DNA of 64,000 nucleotides from the IMG/VR virus record IMGVR_UViG_2873063797_000001, positions 25,659-89,658 of that record; one strand, given 5' to 3'. A model generated the notes under the pieces. It was given only the letters and a program-made list of their open reading frames with translations, was not told the DNA's origin and did not search any database. Source of the DNA: a virus (taxonomy: Duplodnaviria > Caudoviricetes). Made by a program: the position numbers and the translations under genes. Position 1 is the stretch's first letter. Each line of letters begins with the position of its first letter. This document shows, one piece after another, positions 55,097 to 64,000 of the stretch.

Positions 55097-55570
55097 TCAG
55101 GTCAGGGTCGGGACGGTGCCGTTGAACAGCGGCCGGTCCGTGATCGTGAACTGAACTGTGATCTTCGCGGCCTCGTTGTCCGTGGTGTATGCCTTGGAGT
55201 TGCTGACCACGGTGGCCGGGTAGATGTCCATCCCCTTGTTGCCGGTCGTCAGGCCCTTGGAGAAGATGCCGACGAAGCCGCTGGTTCCCTTGGCGAGGTC
55301 AGTCTCGATGTCGTCGAGGGAGCTGTCCTCGTAGAAGGTCAGGCTGGAATCGGCTGCCGAGTCGTCGCCGCCGATCTTCGACACGAAGGTGGACTCCATG
55401 TCGGGGGTCTCGATCGGCGTGTTCTCGAGGCTGAAGCCGTCGATGGCGTTGATCTGCCCGGTGTAGTCGGTGCCGGCGTCGATCTCCGCGCCGGTCGGGA
55501 TGAGCGTCGGCGCGGCGATGGCGGGGATCCAGTAGATCTTCGTGACGCCCTTGCGGTTGAACCTTGCCAT
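55097..55570 (-). CDS. major tail protein
   Basis: Beta-rich acidic 157-aa protein upstream of the chaperones. Confidence 0.85.
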   Translation of the reverse strand: MARFNRKGVTKIYWIPAIAAPTLIPTGAEIDAGTDYTGQINAIDGFSLENTPIETPDMESTFVSKIGGDDSAADSSLTFYEDSSLDDIETDLAKGTSGFVGIFSKGLTTGNKGMDIYPATVVSNSKAYTTDNEAAKITVQFTITDRPLFNGTVPTLT

Positions 55571-55631
55571 GTTGGCCCCTTGCGGATACGGGGCCAATGC
55601 GTGGGGCCCCTGCTACACGTGTGGTGTGGCG

Positions 55632-55663
55632 GCCACCTGTGGTGGTGGCGTCCGCGTGGGGTC
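55632..55663 (-). promoter_or_regulatory. conserved leader element with hairpin, copy A (upstream of major tail gene)
   Basis: 28/30 identity to 60868-60897; stem GCCACC/GGTGGC. Confidence 0.65.
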
Positions 55664-55698
55664 CCGCCGCGGTGCGGTGTTGCCCAACCCGTGGGGGG

Positions 55699-56163
55699 TC
55701 AGGCGGGGGTCAGGTTGAACCTGAACCTCTGCACATAGGTCATTATCGCGGCTTCCTGCTCGGACGTTCCCCCTGGCACTGCCCCCCACTCCACGTCCAG
55801 AGACCGGGCCATGCAGGTGTAGCCGGGGACGGCCAGCGGGTGCAGCCACTGGCCGGTGACCGGGTTACGCCCGAGGAAGACGGTCCGGGCCTTGTCGGCC
55901 ATCCACTCCAGCTGGTCCTGCGTCGCCGTGGACTGGGGCTTCGTCGGGTCCGGACCGGAGACACTGGTGATCTGATAGACGAACGATCCGTCCTCGTGCA
56001 GGTCGGTGTAGGGCGCTCCGGATACCTGGGTGTCGACGGAGTACAGCAGGTAGTAGGGGGGTGCTTGCCCGTCGGCTGGGGCGCGGCCGCGGCCGACGGG
56101 CTTCCCGGAGCCGGCGGCCAGCGTGGTCGCCACCCAGTTCGTCACGAGCCGTTTCTCGATCAT
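55699..56163 (-). CDS. tail terminator-like protein
   Basis: PYYLLY...YQITSV...QLEWMADKAR; position in the neck module. Confidence 0.75.
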   Translation of the reverse strand: MIEKRLVTNWVATTLAAGSGKPVGRGRAPADGQAPPYYLLYSVDTQVSGAPYTDLHEDGSFVYQITSVSGPDPTKPQSTATQDQLEWMADKARTVFLGRNPVTGQWLHPLAVPGYTCMARSLDVEWGAVPGGTSEQEAAIMTYVQRFRFNLTPA

Positions 56164-56546
56164 GCGAGTAGCTCCCCTACGGCGGCCAGCATCTGCTCGT
56201 GCAGGGTGTCCTCGATGTGGCCGAGGGCGGGCTGCACGTGCGGGAAGGGCGGCTGGTTGTAGACGCGTCCCAGGGAGTCGGGCCCGACGAAGCCGAACTC
56301 CAGGCGCCGACCTTGGGGGGCGTTCGTGCCGATGGTGCATTCGGCGCCGTACGGGATGCCGCTGGTGACGGCCCGCCAGGACGCCCGGTACTGCCCGGTG
56401 ATGACGTTCGGGCCGGGCCGGCCGGAGGCGTTCGCGCGGATCCTGGCCACGCCGGCGCTGCCGACGCGCCGCACCCGGCGTTCGATGGTGTCGCCCAGTT
56501 CGTCGGCCGCGGCGTCGAGCCGGTCGGCGAGGTCGTCGAGGTTCAC
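56160..56546 (-). CDS. HK97 gp10-like neck protein
   Basis: VITGQYRASW...LEFG...PH.QPA. Confidence 0.8.
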   Translation of the reverse strand: MNLDDLADRLDAAADELGDTIERRVRRVGSAGVARIRANASGRPGPNVITGQYRASWRAVTSGIPYGAECTIGTNAPQGRRLEFGFVGPDSLGRVYNQPPFPHVQPALGHIEDTLHEQMLAAVGELLA

Positions 56547-56995
56547 GACGCACCTCCGCGGGGGGCCTGCTTCATGTCCAAGGGGGTGACGCGGACGACT
56601 TCGACGGTGGAGGCGCGGCCCGGGTCCTGGCAGAACCACGTCCGGCCGATCAGGGCCGTGTTGGCGGGGTTGTGGACGGTGATGACAGTGACGAGGTCGT
56701 CGCGGGCGGGCATCGGCGCCGACAGGGGGGTGAAGAGGCGGGCCGGGGACATGGTCTCTTCCGCCCACGGCAGCGTCGACGACGGGAGAGAGCTGATGCC
56801 GCCCGGGGCGCCGGCCGCGACGACTCCCCCGACGCCCTCGTAGACCAGCTCAGGCTCCGGGTACTCGAGGTCTCCGGTGTCCGGGTTGAGGACGGGATCG
56901 CCGGAGACGGGGCGGACGACGCGCACGACGTCGATCATCAAGTTGTTGAGGAGCCACGCGCTGACAGGTGCGAGCGCGTCATCGAGGCCGGCCAT
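56543..56995 (-). CDS. head closure-like protein (DUF6093-like)
   Basis: D.VRV.R...NPDTG...VYEG; neck position. Confidence 0.7.
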   Translation of the reverse strand: MAGLDDALAPVSAWLLNNLMIDVVRVVRPVSGDPVLNPDTGDLEYPEPELVYEGVGGVVAAGAPGGISSLPSSTLPWAEETMSPARLFTPLSAPMPARDDLVTVITVHNPANTALIGRTWFCQDPGRASTVEVVRVTPLDMKQAPRGGAS

Positions 56996-57378
56996 CAGTG
57001 TTCCCCTCTGGCCCAGTCGGCGGCCTGCCGGAGCATGGCCCGGGTCAGGTCGTACTGGTTGTTGCCGAGGTCGTCCCGGTTCAGGGCGGCGTTCTCGAGT
57101 TCGGCGGGGTCGAGCTGGGCGAGGAACGCGGCGACGATGTCACCAGGGGTGTCGGGGATGCCGACGGCGACCCGGGCAAGGCCTTCGAAGACCAGGCCAT
57201 CGGGCTGCCGGGTGTGGAGGACGGCGAGGGGCAGACCGCCGGCGATGTCGTGCTGGAGTGTGTAGCCAGTGACGGTGCCGGACGGGAGAGCTTCGCCTTC
57301 GATGCGGATGGTGGCGTGGCCGGGCTGGGCGTCGATACGGAGGTGGTGGGCCTGCGGCTCGGTGGGCTGATCGGTCAC
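56995..57378 (-). CDS. hypothetical protein in the head-neck module
   Basis: Coupled ORF. Confidence 0.7.
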   Translation of the reverse strand: MTDQPTEPQAHHLRIDAQPGHATIRIEGEALPSGTVTGYTLQHDIAGGLPLAVLHTRQPDGLVFEGLARVAVGIPDTPGDIVAAFLAQLDPAELENAALNRDDLGNNQYDLTRAMLRQAADWARGEH

Positions 57379-58217
57379 AGGGGCGCTCCGGTGCGGATCT
57401 CGGTTCGGCCGATGAGGTCGAGGCGGGGCAGGAACTCCCGGATGCAGTGGGCGTGCGAGGTGGGGTGCGCGAGGGCGTCCTGCACGGTGCGGAGGGTCCG
57501 GTGCGCCTTGTCCTCGTCCTGGTGATCACGCCATCCGCAGCCGTTACCGTCTCGGACTTCCACCCACTCGGTGCCGAGCTCGTCGAAGGTGGTGCGGGCG
57601 GCGGCAGTGTTCGCGGTGGTCGCGGTCTGCCAGGTGATCGCGGCGGACGCCCACGCCTCGACCGGGTGCTTCGCGTTGTTGGCGTACACCACGGTGTCCA
57701 GGGGGTGGTCCCGGCGGAGCGCGACTGCGTCGAAGCGGGCGGATTGGGTGTCGCGGGCGGCGTCCTGCGCGGCGCGGAGGAACGCGCGGGCCCGTCGGAG
57801 AGCTTCCTGGATGCGGCTGGTGATGTCGGCGTAGTACTGCGCGGACAGGGCCGTCACCTGGGCTTGGTGGCGGGCGGTCCAGGTGAACAGGCGGTTGGGT
57901 CGGTCGACGTGGTCGAGTGTGGTGTGGGCGCCTTCCCGGTAAATCAGGGGGAGGTCGGTGGCGGCCCAAGACTCGGCGAAGGCCATCGCTGCCCGGTTGA
58001 AGGTGGCCAGGGCGGTGTTGAAGGCGGCGGTCGCGGTCCTCAGGCGGGTGCCGGTGGAGCCGCTGCGGCCGGGTCGGGTGCGGGTGAGGGCGTGCAGGAG
58101 GGTGGTCTGGGCGTTGATGAGGATCCGCCAGGCTTTGGTGAGGCGGCCGACGCCGGAGGTGATGTAGCCGAGGAGGCGTTGCCGGAGGCTGCGGCCGCGG
58201 CGGACGGGGGTGGTCAT
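57375..58217 (-). CDS. minor capsid/MuF-like protein
   Basis: EVRDG..CGW..H.D.D.A...HPT.H.HC.R C-terminal motif. Confidence 0.7.
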   Translation of the reverse strand: MTTPVRRGRSLRQRLLGYITSGVGRLTKAWRILINAQTTLLHALTRTRPGRSGSTGTRLRTATAAFNTALATFNRAAMAFAESWAATDLPLIYREGAHTTLDHVDRPNRLFTWTARHQAQVTALSAQYYADITSRIQEALRRARAFLRAAQDAARDTQSARFDAVALRRDHPLDTVVYANNAKHPVEAWASAAITWQTATTANTAAARTTFDELGTEWVEVRDGNGCGWRDHQDEDKAHRTLRTVQDALAHPTSHAHCIREFLPRLDLIGRTEIRTGAPL

Positions 58218-58558
58218 CGTCGTGGCCGCTCTACGAGCCGGAACACGCCGAGCTGGACGCTGCCGTCGTTGGTTCCGGTGCCGGGCGGGTCGTCCGGTGC
58301 GGGCGGCTCCCCTGCTTCAAGGAGGGCGATCTGGCGTTCTAGGGCCTTGATGTTCTCGGTGAAGGCGACGGCGACGACACCGGAGACGTTGACGCTGGCC
58401 GGCTGCTGGATGAGAGCGGCCTTGCGTTCGTAGAGGACCTCGATGGCGACGGCGCGGGCGGTGCCGAGGCGGGCGTAGCGGGGTTCCAGGTCGGCTACCG
58501 GTGTGGTGGGGCCGAGCTGGGAGAGGAGCCAGGCTTGCACGCTGGCGGTGAGTGCCAT
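58214..58558 (-). CDS. head-tail adaptor-like protein
   Basis: Small helical protein downstream of the capsid gene; GGAGG RBS. Confidence 0.7.
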   Translation of the reverse strand: MALTASVQAWLLSQLGPTTPVADLEPRYARLGTARAVAIEVLYERKAALIQQPASVNVSGVVAVAFTENIKALERQIALLEAGEPPAPDDPPGTGTNDGSVQLGVFRLVERPRR

Positions 58559-58653
58559 GGCTGGTGTCCTCCAGGGGCTGGGTTTGGGAAGGGGTGGTGC
58601 GGGTGCGGGCCCGCCTGTTGGCGCCCCCACCACAGGGGCGGGCCCGCACTCCG

Positions 58654-59010
58654 CTAGTCGCCGCTGCTGCCCTCGTCAGCGGCGCCCCGGCCCCGGGCCG
58701 GCTTGCTGGCCGCGGTCCTGCGTGCGGCGGTCTTCTTGGCCGTGGGGGCGGCCTGGTCGTCACCGGCGACGGAGGTGGCGCCAGAGGCGTCGTCCTGGCC
58801 GTCGCCGGTAGGGCCGGCGTCCTCCGGGCTGTCCGGCTTCTGGTCCGTCTGCGTCTTCGGCAGGCGGGGGAGCTTGCCGTCGACCCAGGCGGACGGGCTC
58901 TTCACCAGGGCGGCCAGGCGCGGCTCCGGGCTGGTGCCCTGGTGCAGCGTGACCGTCTGGTGCGTATCCGGATCCGTCACATACACCGTGGCTGCGAGTC
59001 GGGCGGCCAT
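58654..59010 (-). CDS. hypothetical protein after the major capsid gene
   Basis: 118 aa with a low-complexity C-terminus. Confidence 0.7.
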   Translation of the reverse strand: MAARLAATVYVTDPDTHQTVTLHQGTSPEPRLAALVKSPSAWVDGKLPRLPKTQTDQKPDSPEDAGPTGDGQDDASGATSVAGDDQAAPTAKKTAARRTAASKPARGRGAADEGSSGD

Positions 59011-59013
59011 GGG

Positions 59014-60075
59014 TTACCACACCGTCGCGGCGATGTGGATGTCCGGGACGTACATGACGGGCAGCGCGGCCGCGGAACCCTTCGTCCACACCTGCGGCGG
59101 GTCGTCCTGGACGCCGCGGGTGACGACGATGCCGGGGGCCTCTTCCCGCACGATGGACGGGTTGCCGCCCTGGGACAGGAGCAGGCCGTCGGCGGTCAGC
59201 CCGTACTGGGTCTCCGCCCACTGCTGCGGGTTGGGCGGCAGGAGGAAGAACATGTTCTCCGGCAGCGCGCGGACGTCCGAACCGGTGTCCAGTTCGATCT
59301 TCACGTCGTAGGTGGTGATCGGCGGGAGGTTGTAGCGGGCGCGGACGACGTTGACCTCGTTCGGGGCGAGGACCGCGGTGGGCGTCGCCGACGGGCTGAC
59401 CGAGCCGTAGTAGGCGGCGCGGTAGGAGTTGTTGCCCATCATCAGCGCGGCCGTCTTGTACGACGTCAGCACCCGGGCCGGCGCGGGGGCGCCCGAGGAC
59501 CGGAGGACCTCGATCCACCGCTGCTCGTCGGCGAGGATGTCCGCGGTCGGGTCGGTCCAGTCGACCGGGGCGGTCGGCATGTTCGCGGACGGCACCGAGT
59601 AGTCGGCCTCAAGGGTGAGGCCGTTCTCGCCGACGAGGGAGAACTTGCCGTCGATCAGGAGGTCGGCGACGGCGAGCTCGAGGCGCTTCTTGATGGACAG
59701 GACGTGCGCGGCGACGTCGTCGTAGACGGCGTCGACGAGGTCCCGGGAGTCCATGCCGCGGTCGACGTTCTCGAGGATCGTCTCGAACTCGCCGACGATG
59801 TACTTCTGACCGAGCGGGAGGAGCTTGCCGGAGGTCGCGAACTGCGTGATCTCACGCGTGGCGACCTTCGTCTGGGCGTCCCACGCCCGGTAGGAGGCGG
59901 CGGCGACCCGACGGCGGGTTCCTCGCGTCTCCCACTTCACCGAGTTGATGGTTCGCTCCGGCATCACCGTGCGGGTGAGCTCGTAGTCGGCGGGAGTCTG
60001 GATCTCACGCGCGAACGCGTTGATCTCGGTGACGCTGATGTCGCGGAGCAGGAGCTCCAGCATGTCGTTCGGCAT
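59014..60075 (-). CDS. major capsid protein (lambda gpE-like)
   Basis: 353 aa after scaffold and decoration genes; AASYRAWDA, KKRLELA..D.L..G pattern. Confidence 0.88.
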   Translation of the reverse strand: MPNDMLELLLRDISVTEINAFAREIQTPADYELTRTVMPERTINSVKWETRGTRRRVAAASYRAWDAQTKVATREITQFATSGKLLPLGQKYIVGEFETILENVDRGMDSRDLVDAVYDDVAAHVLSIKKRLELAVADLLIDGKFSLVGENGLTLEADYSVPSANMPTAPVDWTDPTADILADEQRWIEVLRSSGAPAPARVLTSYKTAALMMGNNSYRAAYYGSVSPSATPTAVLAPNEVNVVRARYNLPPITTYDVKIELDTGSDVRALPENMFFLLPPNPQQWAETQYGLTADGLLLSQGGNPSIVREEAPGIVVTRGVQDDPPQVWTKGSAAALPVMYVPDIHIAATVW

Positions 60076-60090
60076 GTCGGTGTCTCCTGA

Positions 60091-60825
60091 TCAGACCTTG
60101 TAGACGAACTGGGTGTTGGAGCCGTCCGCGACGTCCGTGGGGTCGAAGGCCACGGGCAGCTTCGCCACGTCGATCTGGCCGTGGACCATGAGGGGCGCTG
60201 CGACCTTGGTGGCGCCGGGGTGGAAGGCGACCTCGGTGAACAGGAACCCGGCGAAGACCTGGGAGCCGTCCGTTGCGGTGGCGGTTCCGCCGGCGGTGGT
60301 GGTGGCGATGGTGATGTCCGGGGTGGTGCCGCCGGTGAACGACTCGGTGGTGGTGACGGAGGAGACGTTCTCACCGAGGTACTGGCCGCCCCAGGTCAGG
60401 GTGTAGGGGCCGCCGGCGTTGCCGGTGACGGTGACGTCGCCCGGGTTGACGTTGGAGAGGCCTTCGAGGGCCGTCTGGACCTGGGCGGCGGTGGCGTTGT
60501 AGGCGACCGCGGCGGTGGTCTGGCCGTCGAAGGTGATGGTGAACGTGCCGCCGGTGGGTCCGCCGGTCACGGTGAGGGTCTGGACCTCGTTGGTGACGGC
60601 GGAGTACGGGGCGAACAGGCCCGTCGCGGAGACCTTGCCGAGGGGGATGCCGGACTTCAGCTTCCGCTCGGGCTGGTACTTGGACGCCTCCGTCCAGTGC
60701 AGGTTCTCGTCGAACTGGGTGAGGTCGAGGGTGACGGACTGGTTGGCTTCGATGCCGAGCATGCTCATGAGCCACGGGCGGCCGACAGCGAGCGTCTCGG
60801 TGCTGGTGTACGGCTGGATGTCCAC
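60091..60825 (-). CDS. head decoration protein with inserted Thr/Gly-rich beta domain
   Basis: N- and C-terminal decoration halves (LKSGIPLGK...GFLFT...HGQID..KLP) flank NEVQTLTV...TTTAGG. Confidence 0.75.
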   Translation of the reverse strand: MDIQPYTSTETLAVGRPWLMSMLGIEANQSVTLDLTQFDENLHWTEASKYQPERKLKSGIPLGKVSATGLFAPYSAVTNEVQTLTVTGGPTGGTFTITFDGQTTAAVAYNATAAQVQTALEGLSNVNPGDVTVTGNAGGPYTLTWGGQYLGENVSSVTTTESFTGGTTPDITIATTTAGGTATATDGSQVFAGFLFTEVAFHPGATKVAAPLMVHGQIDVAKLPVAFDPTDVADGSNTQFVYKV

Positions 60826-60865
60826 GCCGTAGCCCCTTTCGCGATGTACGCGGGTGTGTGGTGAG

Positions 60866-60897
60866 GGCACCTGTGGTGGTGCCGTCCACGTGGGGTC
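60866..60897 (-). promoter_or_regulatory. conserved leader element with hairpin, copy B (upstream of decoration/capsid genes)
   Basis: Stem GGCACC/GGTGCC with the same loop as copy A. Confidence 0.65.
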
Positions 60898-60935
60898 AGG
60901 GCGTGGTCCCTAGGCCGTGCTGGTCGTGCGGTCGG

Positions 60936-61793
60936 TCAGGCTGCGTTGTCGTGGCGCAGGCCCATGGCTTCGGCGCGCTTGCGGGCGGCTTTTTGGAGGG
61001 CGTCCTTGGTGCTGGCGGGCTGCCGGGGGGCGTTGCCTCCGGCGGGTCCACCGGACGGGGCCGGCGGGAGAGTCTGGGGGGCGGTCGGGGCGCCGAACAG
61101 TTCGGGGCGGCGCTTCTTCAGCGCCTCCGCTGCCGTGGTGAGGGCCGTGGCGTCGGCGTCCGGGGTGTCGCGGAGGTCCCGCTCGAGCATGGCGAGTGCG
61201 TCCTGAAGGTTCGGGGCGGTCACGTTGCCCTGCTCGTCGACCTGGTCGAGGGCGCCGAGGCGGGTGAGGGCCTGCTCCCGGGCCAGCGCACGTCGCTCAG
61301 CCTGGATCGCGGCGCGTTCCTGTTCCGCCTTGGCCTTCTCCGCCTGGACCGCCTGCTGAACCTTGTTGAGTTCCTCAGTGCGGCGCTGCTCGTCGGTGAG
61401 GACCTGCTGCCTGGCCTCGTGGCCTTCCTTGAGGGTGGCCTTGAACGCCTCGAGGTCGAACGTCTCGGGGTCGAAGGTCAGGCCGAGGGACTCGGCCATC
61501 TCCCGGTAGGCGGCGTTGCGGGACTTCTCGTACTGCCGCGTCATGATCCGGTTGAAGCGGTCCTGGGTCATCGCGACGCCGGTTTCCTTGTCGATGACCG
61601 GCTGTGGTCCCGGGGGTGTGGCGGGGGTCTGGGGGGCCCGGTTGGCGAGGTCGGCCGGGGAGGGCACCGGCGGCTGATTGCCGTCGCCATGGCCGCCGTC
61701 GTTGTAGAAGACGGCGATGCCGGGCAGGCCGGTGTAGGGGTGGGTCCAGCCGGGGGCGGCGGGACGGCGGGTGTGCTGCGTGGGGCGACGCAT
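60936..61793 (-). CDS. capsid scaffolding protein
   Basis: TQDRFNRIM, coiled coil, LKKRRPELFG, P-rich tail; GGGAGG RBS. Confidence 0.8.
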   Translation of the reverse strand: MRRPTQHTRRPAAPGWTHPYTGLPGIAVFYNDGGHGDGNQPPVPSPADLANRAPQTPATPPGPQPVIDKETGVAMTQDRFNRIMTRQYEKSRNAAYREMAESLGLTFDPETFDLEAFKATLKEGHEARQQVLTDEQRRTEELNKVQQAVQAEKAKAEQERAAIQAERRALAREQALTRLGALDQVDEQGNVTAPNLQDALAMLERDLRDTPDADATALTTAAEALKKRRPELFGAPTAPQTLPPAPSGGPAGGNAPRQPASTKDALQKAARKRAEAMGLRHDNAA

Positions 61794-61823
61794 CTGTACA
61801 AGTCCTCCCAGACTCGCTCGTAC

Positions 61824-61839
61824 TCCAGGCCCCGCGCCT
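61824..61839 (-). promoter_or_regulatory. 16-bp element AGGCGCGGGGCCTGGA upstream of scaffold gene
   Basis: Exact copy at 63773-63788. Confidence 0.5.
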
Positions 61840-61864
61840 AGATCCAAGTTCAGCACAGATCCCG

Positions 61865-63754
61865 TCACGTGTTCCCCCCTCCCTCTCCCGACCCGTTCGG
61901 GTGGGCTTCCTCGAGGTCCTCCTGGCCCGGGTTGAGGCCGGCCGGGGGAAGGACGACCGCGGGCGCTTCGGGCTCGTCGGGGGCCTTCCGGCCGAGGAAG
62001 GAGGCGACTTCCTTCGGGTTGCCGAGGGCGTCGGCGAGGTTCCGGGCGTCCTCGAAGGACCGGGCGTCGATCCGCTTGATCTCCTCTTCGGCGTCCTCGA
62101 TGGGCCAGCCGATCTCCTGCAACCGTCGGATGGCGGTCTCCAGGGAGATGAGGCCGGCTTCGCGGGCGTCTTTCACCTCGGCGAGGACGGCGGCCTTGTC
62201 GGTGGGGGTGTAGGCGCCGCGCATCAGCTTCGCCGGCAAGACCGGGAGGCCGGCCCAGTCGGGATGCTGCCCGGCCTGGAAGAGGCGCTGCACCATTTTG
62301 GGGAGGAGCCGGTCGGCGTGGTCGCGGGCCAGGCGCATCCCGGAGATGAGGGAGTCCAGCGGGCCGAGGGCCAACTCGAGCTGGTAGCCGGACGTGAACT
62401 GGGCGGGGTCGGAGGTGCCGAGGGCGACGGCGGGCAGGCGGGCGGTGGTCGCGGCCCGGTCCTTGAGGTCGTGGACGTGGTTGCGGAGCTCGGCGAGGTT
62501 GCCGCTGGTCTCCACGCTGGTGATGGCGCCGCCCTCGCCGAGGGTGAAGACCATGCCGGGGCCGGCGGTGTACTGCGTCTGCCCGTTCACAGCCTTCCCG
62601 GAGATCGCGAGGATCGGGGAGCCGGTGGTGGCGGAGGCGCGGGAGGAGTCGGTGTCGGAGCCGGACAGCTCGTCGAAGACTTGCAGGACCTTCGCCAGGG
62701 ACGACTGCCCCCAGTGCTCGCCGGGCTCGGGGACGGTGTTGGGGACGTGGATGACGGGGACGAAGTCCTGGTAGAGGTCGAGTTGGTCGAGGATCTCGCC
62801 CTGGCTGTTCGTCGCGAAGTGCGCCTTGTCCATCGGCAGGGAGTCGATGTCGATGGGTGCTTTGAGGTCGCCGAGTTCCCAGATGGCGTCGGTGAGGTAG
62901 CACGTCTTGTAGGACGGCTGCTCGGACCACGGGTAGAGGCGGGTGATCGACCCGTTGGGGTCGAGGGTGTCGCCGCGGCCGAGGATGGGCTGGGCGGGCT
63001 GGTCGTCGGTGGGGTCGGACATGACGGTGGCGCGGACGGGCCGGCTGGTGCGGTCGACGCCGTTCGCGGTCTGCGGGCGGATCCAGTCCAGGTGGTAGGT
63101 GATCCGCCGCAGGCGTGCGGGGAGCCGGCGGGCCTTGTCCTCGGGGAGTTCCCAGGCGAAGTGGATCCGGTCGGGGAAGTCGGAGCCGTCGGAGTCCTCG
63201 TCGATGATCGGGAAGTAGAAGCCGGGGTCGAAGGTCTTGAGGCGGACGCGTTGCTTGTCGCCGTCCCAGTGGAGGAGGTAGACGCCGTCGCCGAGGCTGA
63301 CCGCCTTGCGTTCGACCTGGAGGAGTCGCATGGGGAGGAGTTCCTCGTCGGCCCACTCCCGTAGCAGCGTCTGGACCTTCTCCGCGGTTTCGGCGTCGGG
63401 GCCGCCGCCGTCGCCGGCTTTCTCGGCGCCGGGGACGGTGATGGTCTGCTCCTCACCGAGGACGTGGGAGGTGATCGTGTCGACGAACATCGACGGGTCG
63501 CCGAACTCGCGGCGTTCGCGGGCTTCGTCTCCGTCGCGGAACGCGGTGAGCTCGGCGACCTGGTTTCCGTCGTAGGCCTTGAGCATCTTGTACGCGGCGA
63601 GGCGGCGTTCGTCGGCGGCGGGGACCCAGGTGGCGTGGGCTTCGGGGAAGGCCCGGCGGTTGGGCATGCCGAGCTGGTCGCTGTACAGCGGCTTGTAGTT
63701 CAGCCACGACCAGGCGTCGATGACGACGGCCTTGGCGCTGGCGAAGAGACCCAC
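61865..63754 (-). CDS. portal protein
   Basis: 629 aa at the head of the structural operon; ERKAVSLGDGVY, SGYQLEL..GPL, LISLETAIRRL. Confidence 0.8.
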   Translation of the reverse strand: MGLFASAKAVVIDAWSWLNYKPLYSDQLGMPNRRAFPEAHATWVPAADERRLAAYKMLKAYDGNQVAELTAFRDGDEARERREFGDPSMFVDTITSHVLGEEQTITVPGAEKAGDGGGPDAETAEKVQTLLREWADEELLPMRLLQVERKAVSLGDGVYLLHWDGDKQRVRLKTFDPGFYFPIIDEDSDGSDFPDRIHFAWELPEDKARRLPARLRRITYHLDWIRPQTANGVDRTSRPVRATVMSDPTDDQPAQPILGRGDTLDPNGSITRLYPWSEQPSYKTCYLTDAIWELGDLKAPIDIDSLPMDKAHFATNSQGEILDQLDLYQDFVPVIHVPNTVPEPGEHWGQSSLAKVLQVFDELSGSDTDSSRASATTGSPILAISGKAVNGQTQYTAGPGMVFTLGEGGAITSVETSGNLAELRNHVHDLKDRAATTARLPAVALGTSDPAQFTSGYQLELALGPLDSLISGMRLARDHADRLLPKMVQRLFQAGQHPDWAGLPVLPAKLMRGAYTPTDKAAVLAEVKDAREAGLISLETAIRRLQEIGWPIEDAEEEIKRIDARSFEDARNLADALGNPKEVASFLGRKAPDEPEAPAVVLPPAGLNPGQEDLEEAHPNGSGEGGGNT

Positions 63755-63772
63755 AGCGTTCCTTCCCGCTGA

Positions 63773-63788
63773 TCCAGGCCCCGCGCCT
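63773..63788 (-). promoter_or_regulatory. 16-bp element AGGCGCGGGGCCTGGA upstream of portal gene
   Basis: Exact copy of 61824-61839; TACCCT lies just upstream on the minus strand. Confidence 0.5.
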
Positions 63789-64000
63789 TGTGATCAGGGT
63801 ACGGGCCGGGGCGGGAGGGGATTCCCCCCTGGGTTCGGGGTCTGTTCACCGGAACGGGCGGGGGGAGCGGTCGCGTGTTCGGCCGTCAGACCACCCGAAG
63901 GGGTGGCGAATCGTGGCTCTTCGCGATCATCTGGGCCATAAGAGGCCGGAGTTGCGGGGGATTGTCCACAGGGATGGTCGGGAGGACCGTCCGGGACGCT

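Larger units (their letters stand above)
1..64000. mobile_element. Streptomyces-type temperate siphovirus, probable phage-plasmid (window truncated; terminase not included)
   Basis: Complete head-neck-tail-lysis gene order on the minus strand, phage early genes (SSB, RuvC-like, Bet, WhiB, MTases) and ParA/ParB/Rep; no host housekeeping genes or att-flanked host DNA seen. Confidence 0.9.

Noticed and set aside
51800-55738. Very long alternative ORFs (e.g. 51800..55738 +, 27938..29527 +, 44689..46806 +, 24562..26193 +)
   Set aside because: Antisense shadows of real genes, expected in high-GC DNA; no motifs or RBS
63962-63970. DnaA box TTGTCCACA
   Set aside because: Single copy at the window edge and far from the rep gene; a cluster would be needed to call an origin
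1-64000. tRNA, rRNA or terminase genes
   Set aside because: None recognised by eye; the terminase presumably lies outside the window, and a tRNAscan-SE run would be needed to exclude tRNAs

Overview
This 64-kb window is most of the genome of a high-GC, Streptomyces-type temperate siphovirus that probably persists as a phage-plasmid rather than an integrated prophage. The right third (40.1-63.8 kb, minus strand) is a complete virion and lysis module: portal, scaffold, decoration protein, lambda-E-like major capsid, neck, major tail, tail chaperones with a -1 frameshift, tape measure, tail proteins, amidase endolysin, holins and a collagen-like fibre. No terminase lies inside the window. The left and middle parts carry a plasmid-type maintenance block (HTH Rep, DciA-like loader, ParA/ParB with three palindromic parS candidates), SSB, a RuvC-like resolvase, Bet, two tandem C5 methyltransferases, two WhiB-family regulators, dcd and thyX, and three tyrosine-recombinase-fold genes (two degenerate) beside a dif-like site. 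The most unusual features are: (1) an array of seven short genes at 36.26-38.45 kb joined by six copies of a ~23-30 bp direct repeat that fuses stop codon, RBS and start codon, resembling a shufflable gene-cassette array; (2) a ParA whose Walker A and Walker A' segments are swapped in order; (3) a perfect 17-bp inverted repeat in front of a catalytically dead recombinase; (4) an 18-bp operator shared by four promoter regions; and (5) a covarying RNA hairpin upstream of the major tail and decoration/capsid genes. All protein calls come from motif recognition by eye; no database search was run.
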